A stretch of 64,000 nucleotides of DNA from Salinispira sp. Lineage in GTDB: Bacteria > Spirochaetota > Spirochaetia > DSM-27196 > Salinispiraceae. Position numbers and translations under genes: made by a program. Position 1 is the stretch's first letter; the number at the start of each line of letters is the position of its first letter. Below, piece by piece: positions 19,072-29,024 of this stretch. The notes below the pieces were generated by a model. The model did no database searches. It saw nothing but the letters and a program-made list of their open reading frames with translations, and was not told where the DNA came from. The stretch covers positions 1-64,000 of the forward strand of contig CBDDDG010000002.1 in NCBI GenBank assembly GCA_965226555.1, given 5' to 3'.

Positions 19072-20554
19072 CGTCAGCGCCGCCTCTGTCCGTGCCGCCC
19101 ACACCGTCAGCGCCGCCTCTGTCCGCGCCGCCCACACCGTCCGCGCCGCCCACACCCGGAACATCGCCAATAAGCCGCTCAAGCCCCATACTCCGCGATG
19201 CCTTTATCAAAAACAGCATGCCCGAAGACGGCACTGTTTTCAGCCATGTTCGGAGTTCATTGATATGCGGAAATGTCCGCACCCTGCCCCGCTGTTTCCG
19301 TGAAAGGCGCTGGGACGCTGCCGGAAAATCATCGCCAATAAGAGCTATCTCGGCAGGATGATGATCGAGAGCCGCATCAAGAATGTCTCTGTGGATCATG
19401 AATTTCGTATCGCCAAGTTCCTTCATATCTCCCAGAATAAAGATGCATTGGAGATTTTCCCGATCGGCAATAGTTCGAGCCGAGGTAAAGGCAGCCCGCA
19501 TGGATTCGGGGTTCGCGTTGTATGAATCATCAATGAGAACAGAAGCTCCGCGGATAATGTTCCCCCTCCCCGGCTGAATTTTGAAGGAAGCGAAGCCCTC
19601 ATTAATTTGCTGCGGGCTAAGCCCAAGGGCGGTTGCCATGGTGATGACTCCAGCGGCATTGTGAAGCTGATGGTGCCCCCAAGCCGGAATGCGGTATGTG
19701 TGTCCGGCATAGCTGAAACGGCTGCCTTCGATATTTTCCTCCATGAATGAAAAGCCGAATTCATTCATGAGTCCATAGAACAGTACCCGGCAGTTCAGGG
19801 GGTGCTCGTTCAGGTAGCGGAGGGCGATGGAATCGGTTTTCGGAATAACGGCAATGCCGTTCTCGTTCATGGTGGAGAATATGCGGAATTTTTCTCTCAC
19901 AATGTGTTCAACGCTGCCAAGCCTGCCGAGGTGCGCGGTTCCAATACCGGTGAGCAGCGCATGATCGGGCATGATCATATCGTTCAGAACCTGCATTTCT
20001 CCCAACTCGCTTATGCCCATTTCCAATACGATATAATCGGTGTGCGCCGGAATGTGCGCAAGAACAATGGGTACACCAATGACCGAGTTATAGTTTCCTT
20101 CCGTATAATACACTGAGCCCACTGAACGCGCTAAGTGCGCTGCCGAAAGCGCGCAGGCAAGAATATCCTTTGTGGTGGTTTTTCCGCTGCTGCCCGTTAT
20201 ACCAATTTTTACGGTATCGTATTGTTTGAGGATCATGCTCCCCGCGCCCTGCAAACATGCGAGAACATTATCCACGGGAACCAGAGAAATTTTCCGCATT
20301 TTCGCTTCGTTGGTAAGGACATCTCTGTGAGAAGAAAACCAGAGGTTATTGAGCACAACAGCCTTCGCTCCACGCTTCATGGCATGGGAAATGTAGGAAT
20401 GACCATTGGAAAATTCTCCCCGAAGAGCAAAAAAAACCGCTCCCGGACGCAAGCTCCGGGTGTCAATAGTAAAGTCTCTCCAGCTATTATCCTCACGTAT
20501 CTTGTGAAAAAACTCTTCCTGTGACAGCTCAGACGGATGCATGCCCCCTCCCAT
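19064..20554 (-). CDS. murF: UDP-MurNAc-tripeptide:D-Ala-D-Ala ligase
   Basis: ITGSSGKTTTK, IDDSYNANPESM, LGDMKELG, KASRSMGLE. Confidence 0.95.
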   Translation of the reverse strand: MGGGMHPSELSQEEFFHKIREDNSWRDFTIDTRSLRPGAVFFALRGEFSNGHSYISHAMKRGAKAVVLNNLWFSSHRDVLTNEAKMRKISLVPVDNVLACLQGAGSMILKQYDTVKIGITGSSGKTTTKDILACALSAAHLARSVGSVYYTEGNYNSVIGVPIVLAHIPAHTDYIVLEMGISELGEMQVLNDMIMPDHALLTGIGTAHLGRLGSVEHIVREKFRIFSTMNENGIAVIPKTDSIALRYLNEHPLNCRVLFYGLMNEFGFSFMEENIEGSRFSYAGHTYRIPAWGHHQLHNAAGVITMATALGLSPQQINEGFASFKIQPGRGNIIRGASVLIDDSYNANPESMRAAFTSARTIADRENLQCIFILGDMKELGDTKFMIHRDILDAALDHHPAEIALIGDDFPAASQRLSRKQRGRVRTFPHINELRTWLKTVPSSGMLFLIKASRSMGLERLIGDVPGVGGADGVGGADRGGADGVGGTDRGGADDA

Positions 20555-20571
20555 TTTAATGCAAAAGTTTC

Positions 20572-20850
20572 TCAGAAATTATCTTCAACAGTAACAATCT
20601 GTTCTTTTTCGGGTATACTCATCCCCATTTCACGGGACTTCTCAATAATCCGCCCTGGAGAACGGAGTACCGATATTCCGGTAATTAAACGCTTATTGCG
20701 TTCAATCATTGTGGACTGCAATTCCTGCAGTTCATCTATCTCATTCTCCAATTCATAGGACTGAAACGTAAACAACACATGAGCAAATAGTAATAGCGGC
20801 AACATTACTGCGAGAAATCCTAAAAGTACCTGCACAACTCTTTTCATCAT
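20572..20850 (-). CDS. ftsL: Cell division protein FtsL-like
   Basis: Short TM plus coiled coil, SPGRI motif; follows rsmH. Confidence 0.75.
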   Translation of the reverse strand: MMKRVVQVLLGFLAVMLPLLLFAHVLFTFQSYELENEIDELQELQSTMIERNKRLITGISVLRSPGRIIEKSREMGMSIPEKEQIVTVEDNF

Positions 20851-21860
20851 ATACCACGCCTTGAATCCCGCAGTTTTTCAATAAGCCTGAATTTTGCGCT
20901 GCGGGAAGGGGGATTTTGTCTGACCTCATCTGCGCTCGCTGTGAGTATTCCAGACAGCGGCAAATATGCAAGAGGACTTCCCCCACATTCACACATCGGC
21001 AATTCCGGCGGACACATACAGGCTTTTGACAGTTCTTTGAATGTATGTTTCACAATTCTGTCTTCAAGACTGTGAAAACTGATAACAGCCATTCGTCCGC
21101 CAACTTCTAACTGAGCAAAGGCGCCGCGCAGTGCCGGCTGCAGGCGCTCAAGCTCTGCGTTAACATAAATCCTCAGTGCCTGAAACGTTCTCGTTGCCGG
21201 GTGTATTCTCCCCCGCCGATAATCGGCCGGCACCGCAGCCCGAACAACATCGCCAAGCTGGCTGGAAAATTCCAGCGCTTCCCCTTTTCCGGCTCCGCCT
21301 CGGGTAATGGCCGCTGCTATGCGCTTTGCATAGCGTTCTTCTCCAAATTCGGAAATTACTCGCGCAAGCTGCCGTTCCGAAAGGCTTTTCAGCAGTTCGG
21401 AAAGCGGCCTTCCCCGCTCGGCGTCCATTCTCATATCGAGGGGCTCATCTGCAAAAAACGAAAACCCCCGACCACTCTTTGTGTAATGAAAACGGGAAAT
21501 ACCAAGATCAAAAAGTATCCGATGACTTCGTTCCTTCAATGGATAGTCCGCGAAAAACTCGTCGAAGTACATATTGAAAAATTGAACCCGCGGAGCAAAT
21601 TCCTTCAGGCGAATTCGCGCCCGTTGTAAAATCTGCCTGTCGGCATCTATCCCCGCAATACGAATGTTCTCGCATGTTTTCAGGAATGCTTCTGAATGCC
21701 CGCCTTCTCCCAGAGTGCAATCGATAAAAACGCCATTACTGCGTTCAGGAGCGAGATAATGCAAAACCTCGTTCCGCATAACGGAAAAATGTTCTCCTTT
21801 AGCCCTTCTGGTTGAATGCGACGAGCCCTCCCAGTTCCTCAGCCGCTTCCCTGAATTCAT
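20847..21860 (-). CDS. rsmH: 16S rRNA m4C1402 methyltransferase (start uncertain)
   Basis: HFSVM, DCTLGEGGHS, PLDMRM, HPATRTFQALRI, ISFHSLEDRIVK. Confidence 0.95.
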   Translation of the reverse strand: MNSGKRLRNWEGSSHSTRRAKGEHFSVMRNEVLHYLAPERSNGVFIDCTLGEGGHSEAFLKTCENIRIAGIDADRQILQRARIRLKEFAPRVQFFNMYFDEFFADYPLKERSHRILFDLGISRFHYTKSGRGFSFFADEPLDMRMDAERGRPLSELLKSLSERQLARVISEFGEERYAKRIAAAITRGGAGKGEALEFSSQLGDVVRAAVPADYRRGRIHPATRTFQALRIYVNAELERLQPALRGAFAQLEVGGRMAVISFHSLEDRIVKHTFKELSKACMCPPELPMCECGGSPLAYLPLSGILTASADEVRQNPPSRSAKFRLIEKLRDSRRGI

Positions 21861-22251
21861 TTTCGGTTTCCTTAAAGTATCGTTGATATTCCCCCAAATC
21901 CCATATTTCGAGATATCGGCTAATGCCGAGCACCATGCATTCTTTCTGAAGGCCTGCCCAGCCGGCAAGAGTTGCGGGAATGTTAAACCTTCCCGACTTG
22001 TCCAGTTCAATTTCCTGAGCCGGAGCAATTATCCGCCGATTGATGATCCGAACTTTTTCCTGAAATGGATTCCCCGCCTCTATGATCCCCGAGACCACGG
22101 ACTTCCACTCCTCAGGAGGAAAAAGCCACAGGCATCTGTCAACACCTCGAGTAACAACAAGAGAATTGCCCGAAATGGCCGAGCGCAGACGGGCGGGAAT
22201 GAGAAGGCGTCCTTTTTCATCGAGACTATTTCTATATTCCCCCGTAAGCAT
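21799..22251 (-). CDS. mraZ: Transcriptional regulator MraZ
   Basis: GEYRNSLDEKGRLLIPA, LDKSGRFNIP, LEIWD. Confidence 0.96.
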   Translation of the reverse strand: MLTGEYRNSLDEKGRLLIPARLRSAISGNSLVVTRGVDRCLWLFPPEEWKSVVSGIIEAGNPFQEKVRIINRRIIAPAQEIELDKSGRFNIPATLAGWAGLQKECMVLGISRYLEIWDLGEYQRYFKETENEFREAAEELGGLVAFNQKG

Positions 22252-22447
22252 ACCACTTCACCACTTTTTCCCTTATTATTCCACTTTCTCCCACATTACA
22301 GCATAGAAAACCATGTGTCAACCTGAAACCGAAGAAAGTTTTAGAAATTTCATGGATGGGAGTAGATGATGATTGAATTCGTCTGATGGATGAGTAAAAT
22401 ATTGACAACAAAATACATCTATACGATACTTACAATGTGGTTCGGCT

Positions 22448-22657
22448 ATGAAGCGTAATATCGTTACCGATATTGAAAAGATTATCCATTCAGATAATTC
22501 TGACAAAGAATCTGAAACAGTCAGGAACTTTGAAGAAGGCATAAAAATGATGGAAGGTCTCAGAAAGCAGGGGCTAATTAAACCCAAGGAAAACCGGCTG
22601 TTAGACGCGGAAGAAAAATTCAGACAAAAACGGGCTGTAATCGGCCAGATGTATTAA
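22448..22657 (+). CDS. Small hypothetical protein
   Basis: 69-aa ORF preceded by a TTGACA..TACAAT promoter-like pair (22403-22437). Confidence 0.5.
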   Translation: MKRNIVTDIEKIIHSDNSDKESETVRNFEEGIKMMEGLRKQGLIKPKENRLLDAEEKFRQKRAVIGQMY

Positions 22658-22718
22658 TTAGCGACACAGTAGCCGATGTATGGTACTGTCAAAGAAAAGA
22701 CCTGCCAACAACATAATA

Positions 22719-22779
22719 ACTGAAACTTTTGCTACTGGAAATTGCGCTTGCGCAATTTTCCAATGGGAAAGTTTCACAT
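22719..22779. repeat. Palindromic-family element (type II half)
   Basis: ACTGAAACTTTTGCTACTGGAAATTGCGC-TT-GCGCAATTTTCCAATGGGAAAGTTTCACAT. Confidence 0.88.
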
Positions 22780-22824
22780 AGAATGACAGTCGGCGGTCGA
22801 GAACGGAGGAGGCGTTAAGAATTT

Positions 22825-23337
22825 ATGGAAGTAAATTTTATCGAATTATTCATTTTTTTGGTTGGTGTTATCATTGTTAATATAGTAGTTGGGAAAATTA
22901 TTGCCCCATCAAAAAAACAATTCGATGAGCACTATGAAAAATTTGAAAATAAATTGGGGAATGAAATTCAACAGGTTGACAATAGAATTCAACAGGTTGA
23001 AAGTAAATTAGGGAATGAAATTCAACAGGTTGAAAGTAAATTAGGGAATGAAATTCAACAGGTTGAAAGTAAATTAGGGAATGAAATTCAACAGGTTGAA
23101 AGTAAATTAGGGAATGAAATTCAACAGGTTGAAAGTAAATTAGGGAATGAAATTCAACAGGTTGAAAATAAATTGGAAAATAGAATTCAGCAGGTGAAGA
23201 CTGAGATAATAGCACAGATACAGTACACACATACGCGATTAGACCAAATCATTAATTATCTTATGAATCAGGAGAATCAAGAAAATCAAAAAAGATCACA
23301 TCTCAGTGAATCAGAAAGTCCAAAAAAAATGGCATAA
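22825..23337 (+). CDS. Membrane-anchored coiled-coil protein with 11-aa tandem repeats
   Basis: GGAGG RBS; N-terminal TM; five exact 33-bp repeats encoding ESKLGNEIQQV. Confidence 0.8.
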   Translation: MEVNFIELFIFLVGVIIVNIVVGKIIAPSKKQFDEHYEKFENKLGNEIQQVDNRIQQVESKLGNEIQQVESKLGNEIQQVESKLGNEIQQVESKLGNEIQQVESKLGNEIQQVENKLENRIQQVKTEIIAQIQYTHTRLDQIINYLMNQENQENQKRSHLSESESPKKMA

Positions 23338-23392
23338 TCAACGACAAAGCCATTCACAACCAATCTGCGCATGTATGGTTGAATTCACCGCA

Positions 23393-23836
23393 CTAATTCA
23401 GAATAGTAACCTCAACGCGCCGATTCTGCGCGCGCCCCTGCTCTGTCGAATTGTCGGCAACAGGCTTTGTTGCGCCCCGACCCTCATGGCTGATTGAACC
23501 GGACGGAATGCCCCCCGCAATTAAGCGCTCCGCAATACTGGCAGCGCGTTCCTCAGAAAGTTTCTGCTGCCCCTCGGGACGCCCAACATCGGCACTGTAC
23601 CCAATTATGAGAAAACTGCCTTCGCCAGCCTGTTTGAGCATGCCGATTAGCTCCAATACCCGCTCATCTTCTCCTTCCGTCAGTTCGGTACTGTCTGGCT
23701 TAAACAGAATGATTGGCAAGTTACTTTCAATCTCGGGATCATCATCAATACTGACATTCGTAGTAGTGGGGCAGCCAGAAAATCCTACAATAATCAATAG
23801 AAACAGAGTTACTATCCCAACAATATATTTATTCAT
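23393..23836 (-). CDS. OmpA-family peptidoglycan-binding lipoprotein
   Basis: FSGC lipobox; LSEERA..GRG..P..N...GRAQNRRVE. Confidence 0.9.
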   Translation of the reverse strand: MNKYIVGIVTLFLLIIVGFSGCPTTTNVSIDDDPEIESNLPIILFKPDSTELTEGEDERVLELIGMLKQAGEGSFLIIGYSADVGRPEGQQKLSEERAASIAERLIAGGIPSGSISHEGRGATKPVADNSTEQGRAQNRRVEVTILN

Positions 23837-23845
23837 ATTTCCTCC

Positions 23846-23872
23846 TGAGATTGTTGCGCGGCAACAATTTCA
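23846..23872. repeat. Palindrome variant next to the OmpA-family RBS
   Basis: TGAGATTGTTGC-GCG-GCAACAATTTCA. Confidence 0.6.
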
Positions 23873-24161
23873 TCTGCAATAGAGAATACCATTCATTCAT
23901 TGAGAATGTCAAACCCCCATATGAACCTTCCTGCTACTGTTCAAAATGCTTCTGTTGGGAATGTGGAATGATCTTCATTTTTCCACCTGTACGGGATTTA
24001 TCATTTCCCTGATATTCAGTTTACTCATTATAATAAGTTGGATATTGATAATCGAGAGGATATTGCCTATAGTGATATTCCAAAACCGCTTGGCGAAATT
24101 GTTTTGACACTAATACCAGCTGTATTGTATATTCTGATATTGAAGCATAAGGAAATATGGA

Positions 24162-26846
24162 ATGAAACTTCATTTTCGCAAATTTAAGTTGTACAAAACA
24201 GGAATGGCAGTGCTCGCTGTGTTGCTGATGCTCAGCGGGTGCCCCGATCCTATGGGTGATGAACCGCCTCCGCAGACTGTGCCGGATGATGCGCCAGCGA
24301 ATATTCCGGGTGATGAATCGGATGCGCAGGCGCACATTGCGGTCGATAACAGAACAGATAATTCCATGTATCTCTACGCGGGTTCAAGTCTGCTCAAGAC
24401 CATTGGAGCCCGGAGCAAAATAGCGGTAAGGGTGGAAAACGAGGGTCGGCCGGTTCCGCTGAACATGTGGAAAACCTCCGATGTGCCCGATACCGCCAAT
24501 CCCGATTTGCTCCTGCTCTTCCGCAGCTGGTCGCCGGTGCTCTCGCCCGAAGACCGGGCGGCTTATTCCTGCCTTACAGACTGCCCCCTGTGGGTCATTG
24601 AAAAGGACACCGACAAAGAGGCGGGAAGCGTGAACCTGAACTATGCCGCTGAAACAGCAGCAGGGCATGAGAACATCTACAACGCCGACATCTACCTGAA
24701 CGGACGGAACGGCAGCCACCTTGTGTCGTTGTCTCCGGGTACCGAAGGACGGCTTATTTCCCTTCCCTACGGCGTGCAGACCCTGTCGTACCGCTACTGG
24801 TACGATGACCCGGGAGACAGTAAGCCCAGTGAAGAGGCCGGCTGGTTAGAAAACCACACCGCTCTTGTTCTGAATGCCGTATTGACTCAGCACACTGTTG
24901 TTGTGCCGGTGTACACGGGCAGCTCGGTCGGCCGCTCGGGGAGCATCAACATTGAAAACGACACGGCAGAAAGCATTATCTCCATTGGCGCCAACGGGTA
25001 TTCCATAGAAGATATTGTTACCTCATCGGGAAACAGCACGGGGCTTTCCTTCATACCGCAGGGTGTGAACATTGACTACGAGTTGCTTGAGGGCTGGTAC
25101 ACCTTTACCGCAGAAACCACGGGGGGAACACACCTGAAACAACACACGGCGTACATAACCCACCTACACCAGTACAAGTGGAATGTGAACGACAGCATAC
25201 ATACACTGCGCATTCAGAATGATACGACAGAAACAGTGCTGCTGCACAATGCCGCTGACAAGCGCTACCTCGGCGTTTTGCTGAAGCCGAAAGAAGAACG
25301 AACCGTTGAGGTGGCAGGGAATGTTGCTGAGTTCCATGTTCTGGACAGCGATGGCAATACCCTTTCCATACCCTTCACGCTGACCGACTACAACGAAAAC
25401 ACCCCATTGTTCCTGCCGGTGCTGGCACCAGCGCCGCCCGTACTCTCCGCAGGCGGCGCGCCGCTTAGCGATGGCGGAACATACCCGGTGAACACGCAAC
25501 TGAGCATAACATCCGCCGACACATCAGCGAAAATCTACTACACCCTGCTGAACGGGGACGAGCCGACCACCGCAGCAGCGCTGTACACTGCACCTGTTAA
25601 TCTCGGAAGCAGTCCCGGGTCGGTAACCATAAAGGCCATAGCGGTGAAACACGGCATGGTTTCTAATGTTGTTACGGCCGTAGTGAACCTACTGGGGCCG
25701 AGCAAACTGACTGCGTCTGACGGGGCTTCGGGTGATCAGTTTGGAAGCAGTGTTGCCATAGATGGAGATACGGCGATAGTCGGCGCGTATTGGGATGATG
25801 ATAATGGCAACAATTCCGGTAGCGCGTACATTTTTACCCGAAGCGGGAGTACATGGACTCAACAGGCTAAACTGCTGGCGTCTGACAGAGCTGTGGGTGA
25901 TTATTTTGGACGGAGTGTTGCCATGGATGGAGATACGGCGATAGTCGGCGCGAATGGTGATAGGGCCAATACCAATGGCTACGATTCCGGCAGCGCATAC
26001 ATTTTTACCCGAAGCGGTACGAACTGGACTCAACAAACCAAACTGCTGGCGCCTGACGGAGATTCGTATGATTATTTTGGAACCAGTGTTGCCATAGATG
26101 GAGATACGGCGATAGTCGGCGTGCATGGTGATGATGATGATGGCACCAATTCCGGCAGCGCATACATTTTTACCCGAAGCGGTGCGAACTGGACTCAGCA
26201 GGCTAAACTGCTTGCCTCTGACGGGGCTGTGGGTGATCAGTTTGGAGTTACGGTTGCCATAGATGGAAATACGGCGATAGTCGGCACGTTTGATGATGAT
26301 AATGGCGACTCTTCCGGTAGCGCGTACATTTTTACCCGAAGCGGGAGTACATGGACTCAACAGGCTAAACTGCTGGCGTCTGACGGAGATTCGTATGATT
26401 ATTTTGGAACCAGTGTTGCCATAGATGGAGATACGGCGATAGTCGGCGCGAATGAGGATAATAATACCAATGGCGACTCTTCCGGTAGCGCGTACATTTT
26501 TACCCGAAGCGGGAGTACATGGACTCAGCAGGCCAAACTGCTGGCATCTGACGGAGCTTCGTATGATAAATTTGGACGGAGTATTGCCATAGATGGAGAT
26601 ACGGCAATAGTCGGCGCGAATGAGGATAATAATACCAATGGCAATGGTTCCGGCAGCGCGTACATTTTTACCCGAAGCGGTACGAACTGGACTCAGCAGG
26701 ATAAACTGCTTGCATCTGACGGTACTGCGGGTGATTATTTTGGAACCAGTGTTGCCATGGATGGAGATACGGCGATAGTCGGCGCGTATGGGGATAATGG
26801 CGCCTATTCCGGCTGCGCGTATATTTTTTACCTGAAGCGGGAGTAG
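24162..26846 (+). CDS. Surface lipoprotein with a chitobiase-C/Fn3-associated-like domain and 7 FG-GAP repeats
   Basis: LSGC lipobox; KIYYT..G.EPT motif; seven FG.SVA.DGDTAIVGA..SGSAYIF repeats. Confidence 0.88.
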   Translation: MKLHFRKFKLYKTGMAVLAVLLMLSGCPDPMGDEPPPQTVPDDAPANIPGDESDAQAHIAVDNRTDNSMYLYAGSSLLKTIGARSKIAVRVENEGRPVPLNMWKTSDVPDTANPDLLLLFRSWSPVLSPEDRAAYSCLTDCPLWVIEKDTDKEAGSVNLNYAAETAAGHENIYNADIYLNGRNGSHLVSLSPGTEGRLISLPYGVQTLSYRYWYDDPGDSKPSEEAGWLENHTALVLNAVLTQHTVVVPVYTGSSVGRSGSINIENDTAESIISIGANGYSIEDIVTSSGNSTGLSFIPQGVNIDYELLEGWYTFTAETTGGTHLKQHTAYITHLHQYKWNVNDSIHTLRIQNDTTETVLLHNAADKRYLGVLLKPKEERTVEVAGNVAEFHVLDSDGNTLSIPFTLTDYNENTPLFLPVLAPAPPVLSAGGAPLSDGGTYPVNTQLSITSADTSAKIYYTLLNGDEPTTAAALYTAPVNLGSSPGSVTIKAIAVKHGMVSNVVTAVVNLLGPSKLTASDGASGDQFGSSVAIDGDTAIVGAYWDDDNGNNSGSAYIFTRSGSTWTQQAKLLASDRAVGDYFGRSVAMDGDTAIVGANGDRANTNGYDSGSAYIFTRSGTNWTQQTKLLAPDGDSYDYFGTSVAIDGDTAIVGVHGDDDDGTNSGSAYIFTRSGANWTQQAKLLASDGAVGDQFGVTVAIDGNTAIVGTFDDDNGDSSGSAYIFTRSGSTWTQQAKLLASDGDSYDYFGTSVAIDGDTAIVGANEDNNTNGDSSGSAYIFTRSGSTWTQQAKLLASDGASYDKFGRSIAIDGDTAIVGANEDNNTNGNGSGSAYIFTRSGTNWTQQDKLLASDGTAGDYFGTSVAMDGDTAIVGAYGDNGAYSGCAYIFYLKRE

Positions 26847-26868
26847 TTGGGAGTCTATACTGGAATAA

Positions 26869-27729
26869 TTCAGGGGGAATCCTACATTCACCCGAAGCGG
26901 GAGTACATGGACTCAACAGGCTAAACTGCTGGCATCTGACGGAGCTTTGTATGATCGTTTTGGATACAGTGTTGCCATAGATGGAGATACGGCGATAGTC
27001 GGCGCGTATTCCGGCAGCGCGTACATTTTTACCCGAAGCGGGAGTACATGGACTCAACAGGCTAAACTGCTGGCATCTGACAGATATTCGAAGAGATATT
27101 CAAAGTATTTTTTTGGAACCAGTGTTGCCATGGATGGAGATACGGCGATAGTCGGCGCGTTTGATGATGATGATAATGGCGACTATTCCGGCAGCGCGTA
27201 CATTTTTACCCGAAGCGGGAGCACATGGACTCAACAGGCTAAACTGCTGGCATCTGACGGCGCTGCGGGTGATGGTTTTGGACGGAGTATTGCCATAGAT
27301 GGAGATACGGCGATAGTCAACGCGAATGGTGATGATGATAATGGCGAATCTTCCGGCAGCGCGTACATTTTTACCCGAAGCGGGAGTACATGGACTCAAC
27401 AGGATAAACTGCTTGCATCTGACGGAGCTTCGTATGATTATTTTGGACGGAGTATTGCCATAGATACAGATACGGCGATAGTCGGCGCGAATTATGATAG
27501 TGGTAATGGCAGGAATTTCGGTAGCGCGTACATATTCACCCGAAACGGTACGAACTGGACTCAACAAACTAAACTGCTGGCATCTGACGGCGCTAGGGAT
27601 AATTATTTTGGAACCAGTGTTGCCATGGATGGAGATACGGCGATAGTCGGCGCGTACAGGGATGATGATACTGGTACTGATTCCGGCAGCGCGTACATTT
27701 TTACCCGAAGCGGGAGTAGTTGGGAGTAA
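26869..27729 (+). pseudogene. Start-less block of 5 further FG-GAP repeats
   Basis: Frame open from 26869 without a signal peptide or an ATG before the repeats; same DNA scaffold as the upstream gene; ends FTRSGSSWE*. Confidence 0.7.
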
Positions 27730-27731
27730 TC

Positions 27732-28760
27732 TTAATTGCTTGGATCGGAGTCTACCTCCCAACTGATTGTGCTGTCGGCAGTAAGCGTGAACTCCTTACT
27801 GTCCACAACTTCGGTGGTAACAAGATCGCGTGCTTGAATGAGATACGCCTGTTCAGTAACCTGCAGGAGAAAATCGGCGCTGCCGCCGCTTGCAGGTATG
27901 GTCGAAAGGTTATCGACAGGTTTATCGGTGTAAATAACATCTTCAATAGGCTGCCCATTCGCATAAATTACCACGGGAACACTCAGGGTGTTGCGTACAT
28001 TCAGGGTGGCATATTGGTTGCCGGTATTTTCAACATTGTTCCAGTGCGGAACAGTCTGAGTTTGCTTGACCCTGTTGCTGTTGAGTATTGCATAGATAGG
28101 CACTTCGTTACCGCCAACAGTTTCTACCTCAACCCAACCGAGTTCCGTAACGCCATCGGCGCTGTTGGGGTCGGAATACCAGTAACGGTACAGCAGGGTG
28201 TAGTTTCCATAAGCTAGACCAAAGGTACGGCTGTTTGTCCCCGGACGCAACACCCCTATTTTAGCGCCAGTTTTGTTGTTCAGGTAAACATCGACATTGT
28301 TGTTTGTTCCGCCGACATAATTGAAAACCAGTGCTCCGGTTGTCGACTTAGTTGTTGAACTGTCGATCACCCAAGTAACCTGATTATAAATCTCGGTATC
28401 TTTTGAGAGAACAACAACAAAACGCTTGAACGCTTCAGAGGGCGGTTGCTGCGGGTTGTCAATATTGCCTGTAACAAAAAGACGAAGGTCAACATCTCCC
28501 TCATCGGAGTTTTCAATGTTGATCCTATAATCTTCAATACTGTTAGGAATGATCCGAAGCGGATTCTGTCCCCGATAGAGAAACAACTCACTTCCTGAAT
28601 TGTTCTTTATGACCAGATTACCCTCGGCGTCTTGATCCTGCCGGTATTCATCAAAATCCATTCCGTTACCCGGATCATCATCGCCAGTCATAAACGGATC
28701 ACATCCAATAAGTATAACGGCAAAAATCACCAGCATTACTGGTATAAACATACGTTTCAT
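27732..28760 (-). CDS. Lipoprotein paralogous to the N-terminal region of the 24162 protein
   Basis: GGAGG RBS, LIGC lipobox; DVYLN..LAYGNYTLLYRYWYSDP aligns with DIYLN..LPYGVQTLSYRYWYDDP. Confidence 0.85.
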   Translation of the reverse strand: MKRMFIPVMLVIFAVILIGCDPFMTGDDDPGNGMDFDEYRQDQDAEGNLVIKNNSGSELFLYRGQNPLRIIPNSIEDYRINIENSDEGDVDLRLFVTGNIDNPQQPPSEAFKRFVVVLSKDTEIYNQVTWVIDSSTTKSTTGALVFNYVGGTNNNVDVYLNNKTGAKIGVLRPGTNSRTFGLAYGNYTLLYRYWYSDPNSADGVTELGWVEVETVGGNEVPIYAILNSNRVKQTQTVPHWNNVENTGNQYATLNVRNTLSVPVVIYANGQPIEDVIYTDKPVDNLSTIPASGGSADFLLQVTEQAYLIQARDLVTTEVVDSKEFTLTADSTISWEVDSDPSN

Positions 28761-29024
28761 TTTTTCTTCCTCCTGATAAAACACTATTGGGAAGCTCTGA
28801 AAACACGGATACTTCACACTGCATCGCGAAAATAGCGTTTTCAGGCACCCCTGTACTCCATTATCACCAAAAAATAATTTATGTCAAACCCTACTGCAAT
28901 TTTCCAGTGGAATTTAAACCTTTGAGCTTCCCTTCCCCAAAACCTTTGTATCATGTGTGTTCGCACTGGAGAAATATGGTGTATACTAAAGATGCAATTT
29001 GAATACTTAGGGTCATCATAAAGT

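Noticed and set aside
23920..24160. Possible gene fragment upstream of the FG-GAP lipoprotein
   Set aside because: Short open frame with no recognisable motif or start
25689..27762. Long minus-strand ORFs (400, 129 and 220 aa)
   Set aside because: Antisense shadows of the FG-GAP repeats
24162..28760. Shufflon or invertible segment between the convergent paralogues
   Set aside because: No nucleotide-level inverted repeats or adjacent invertase seen
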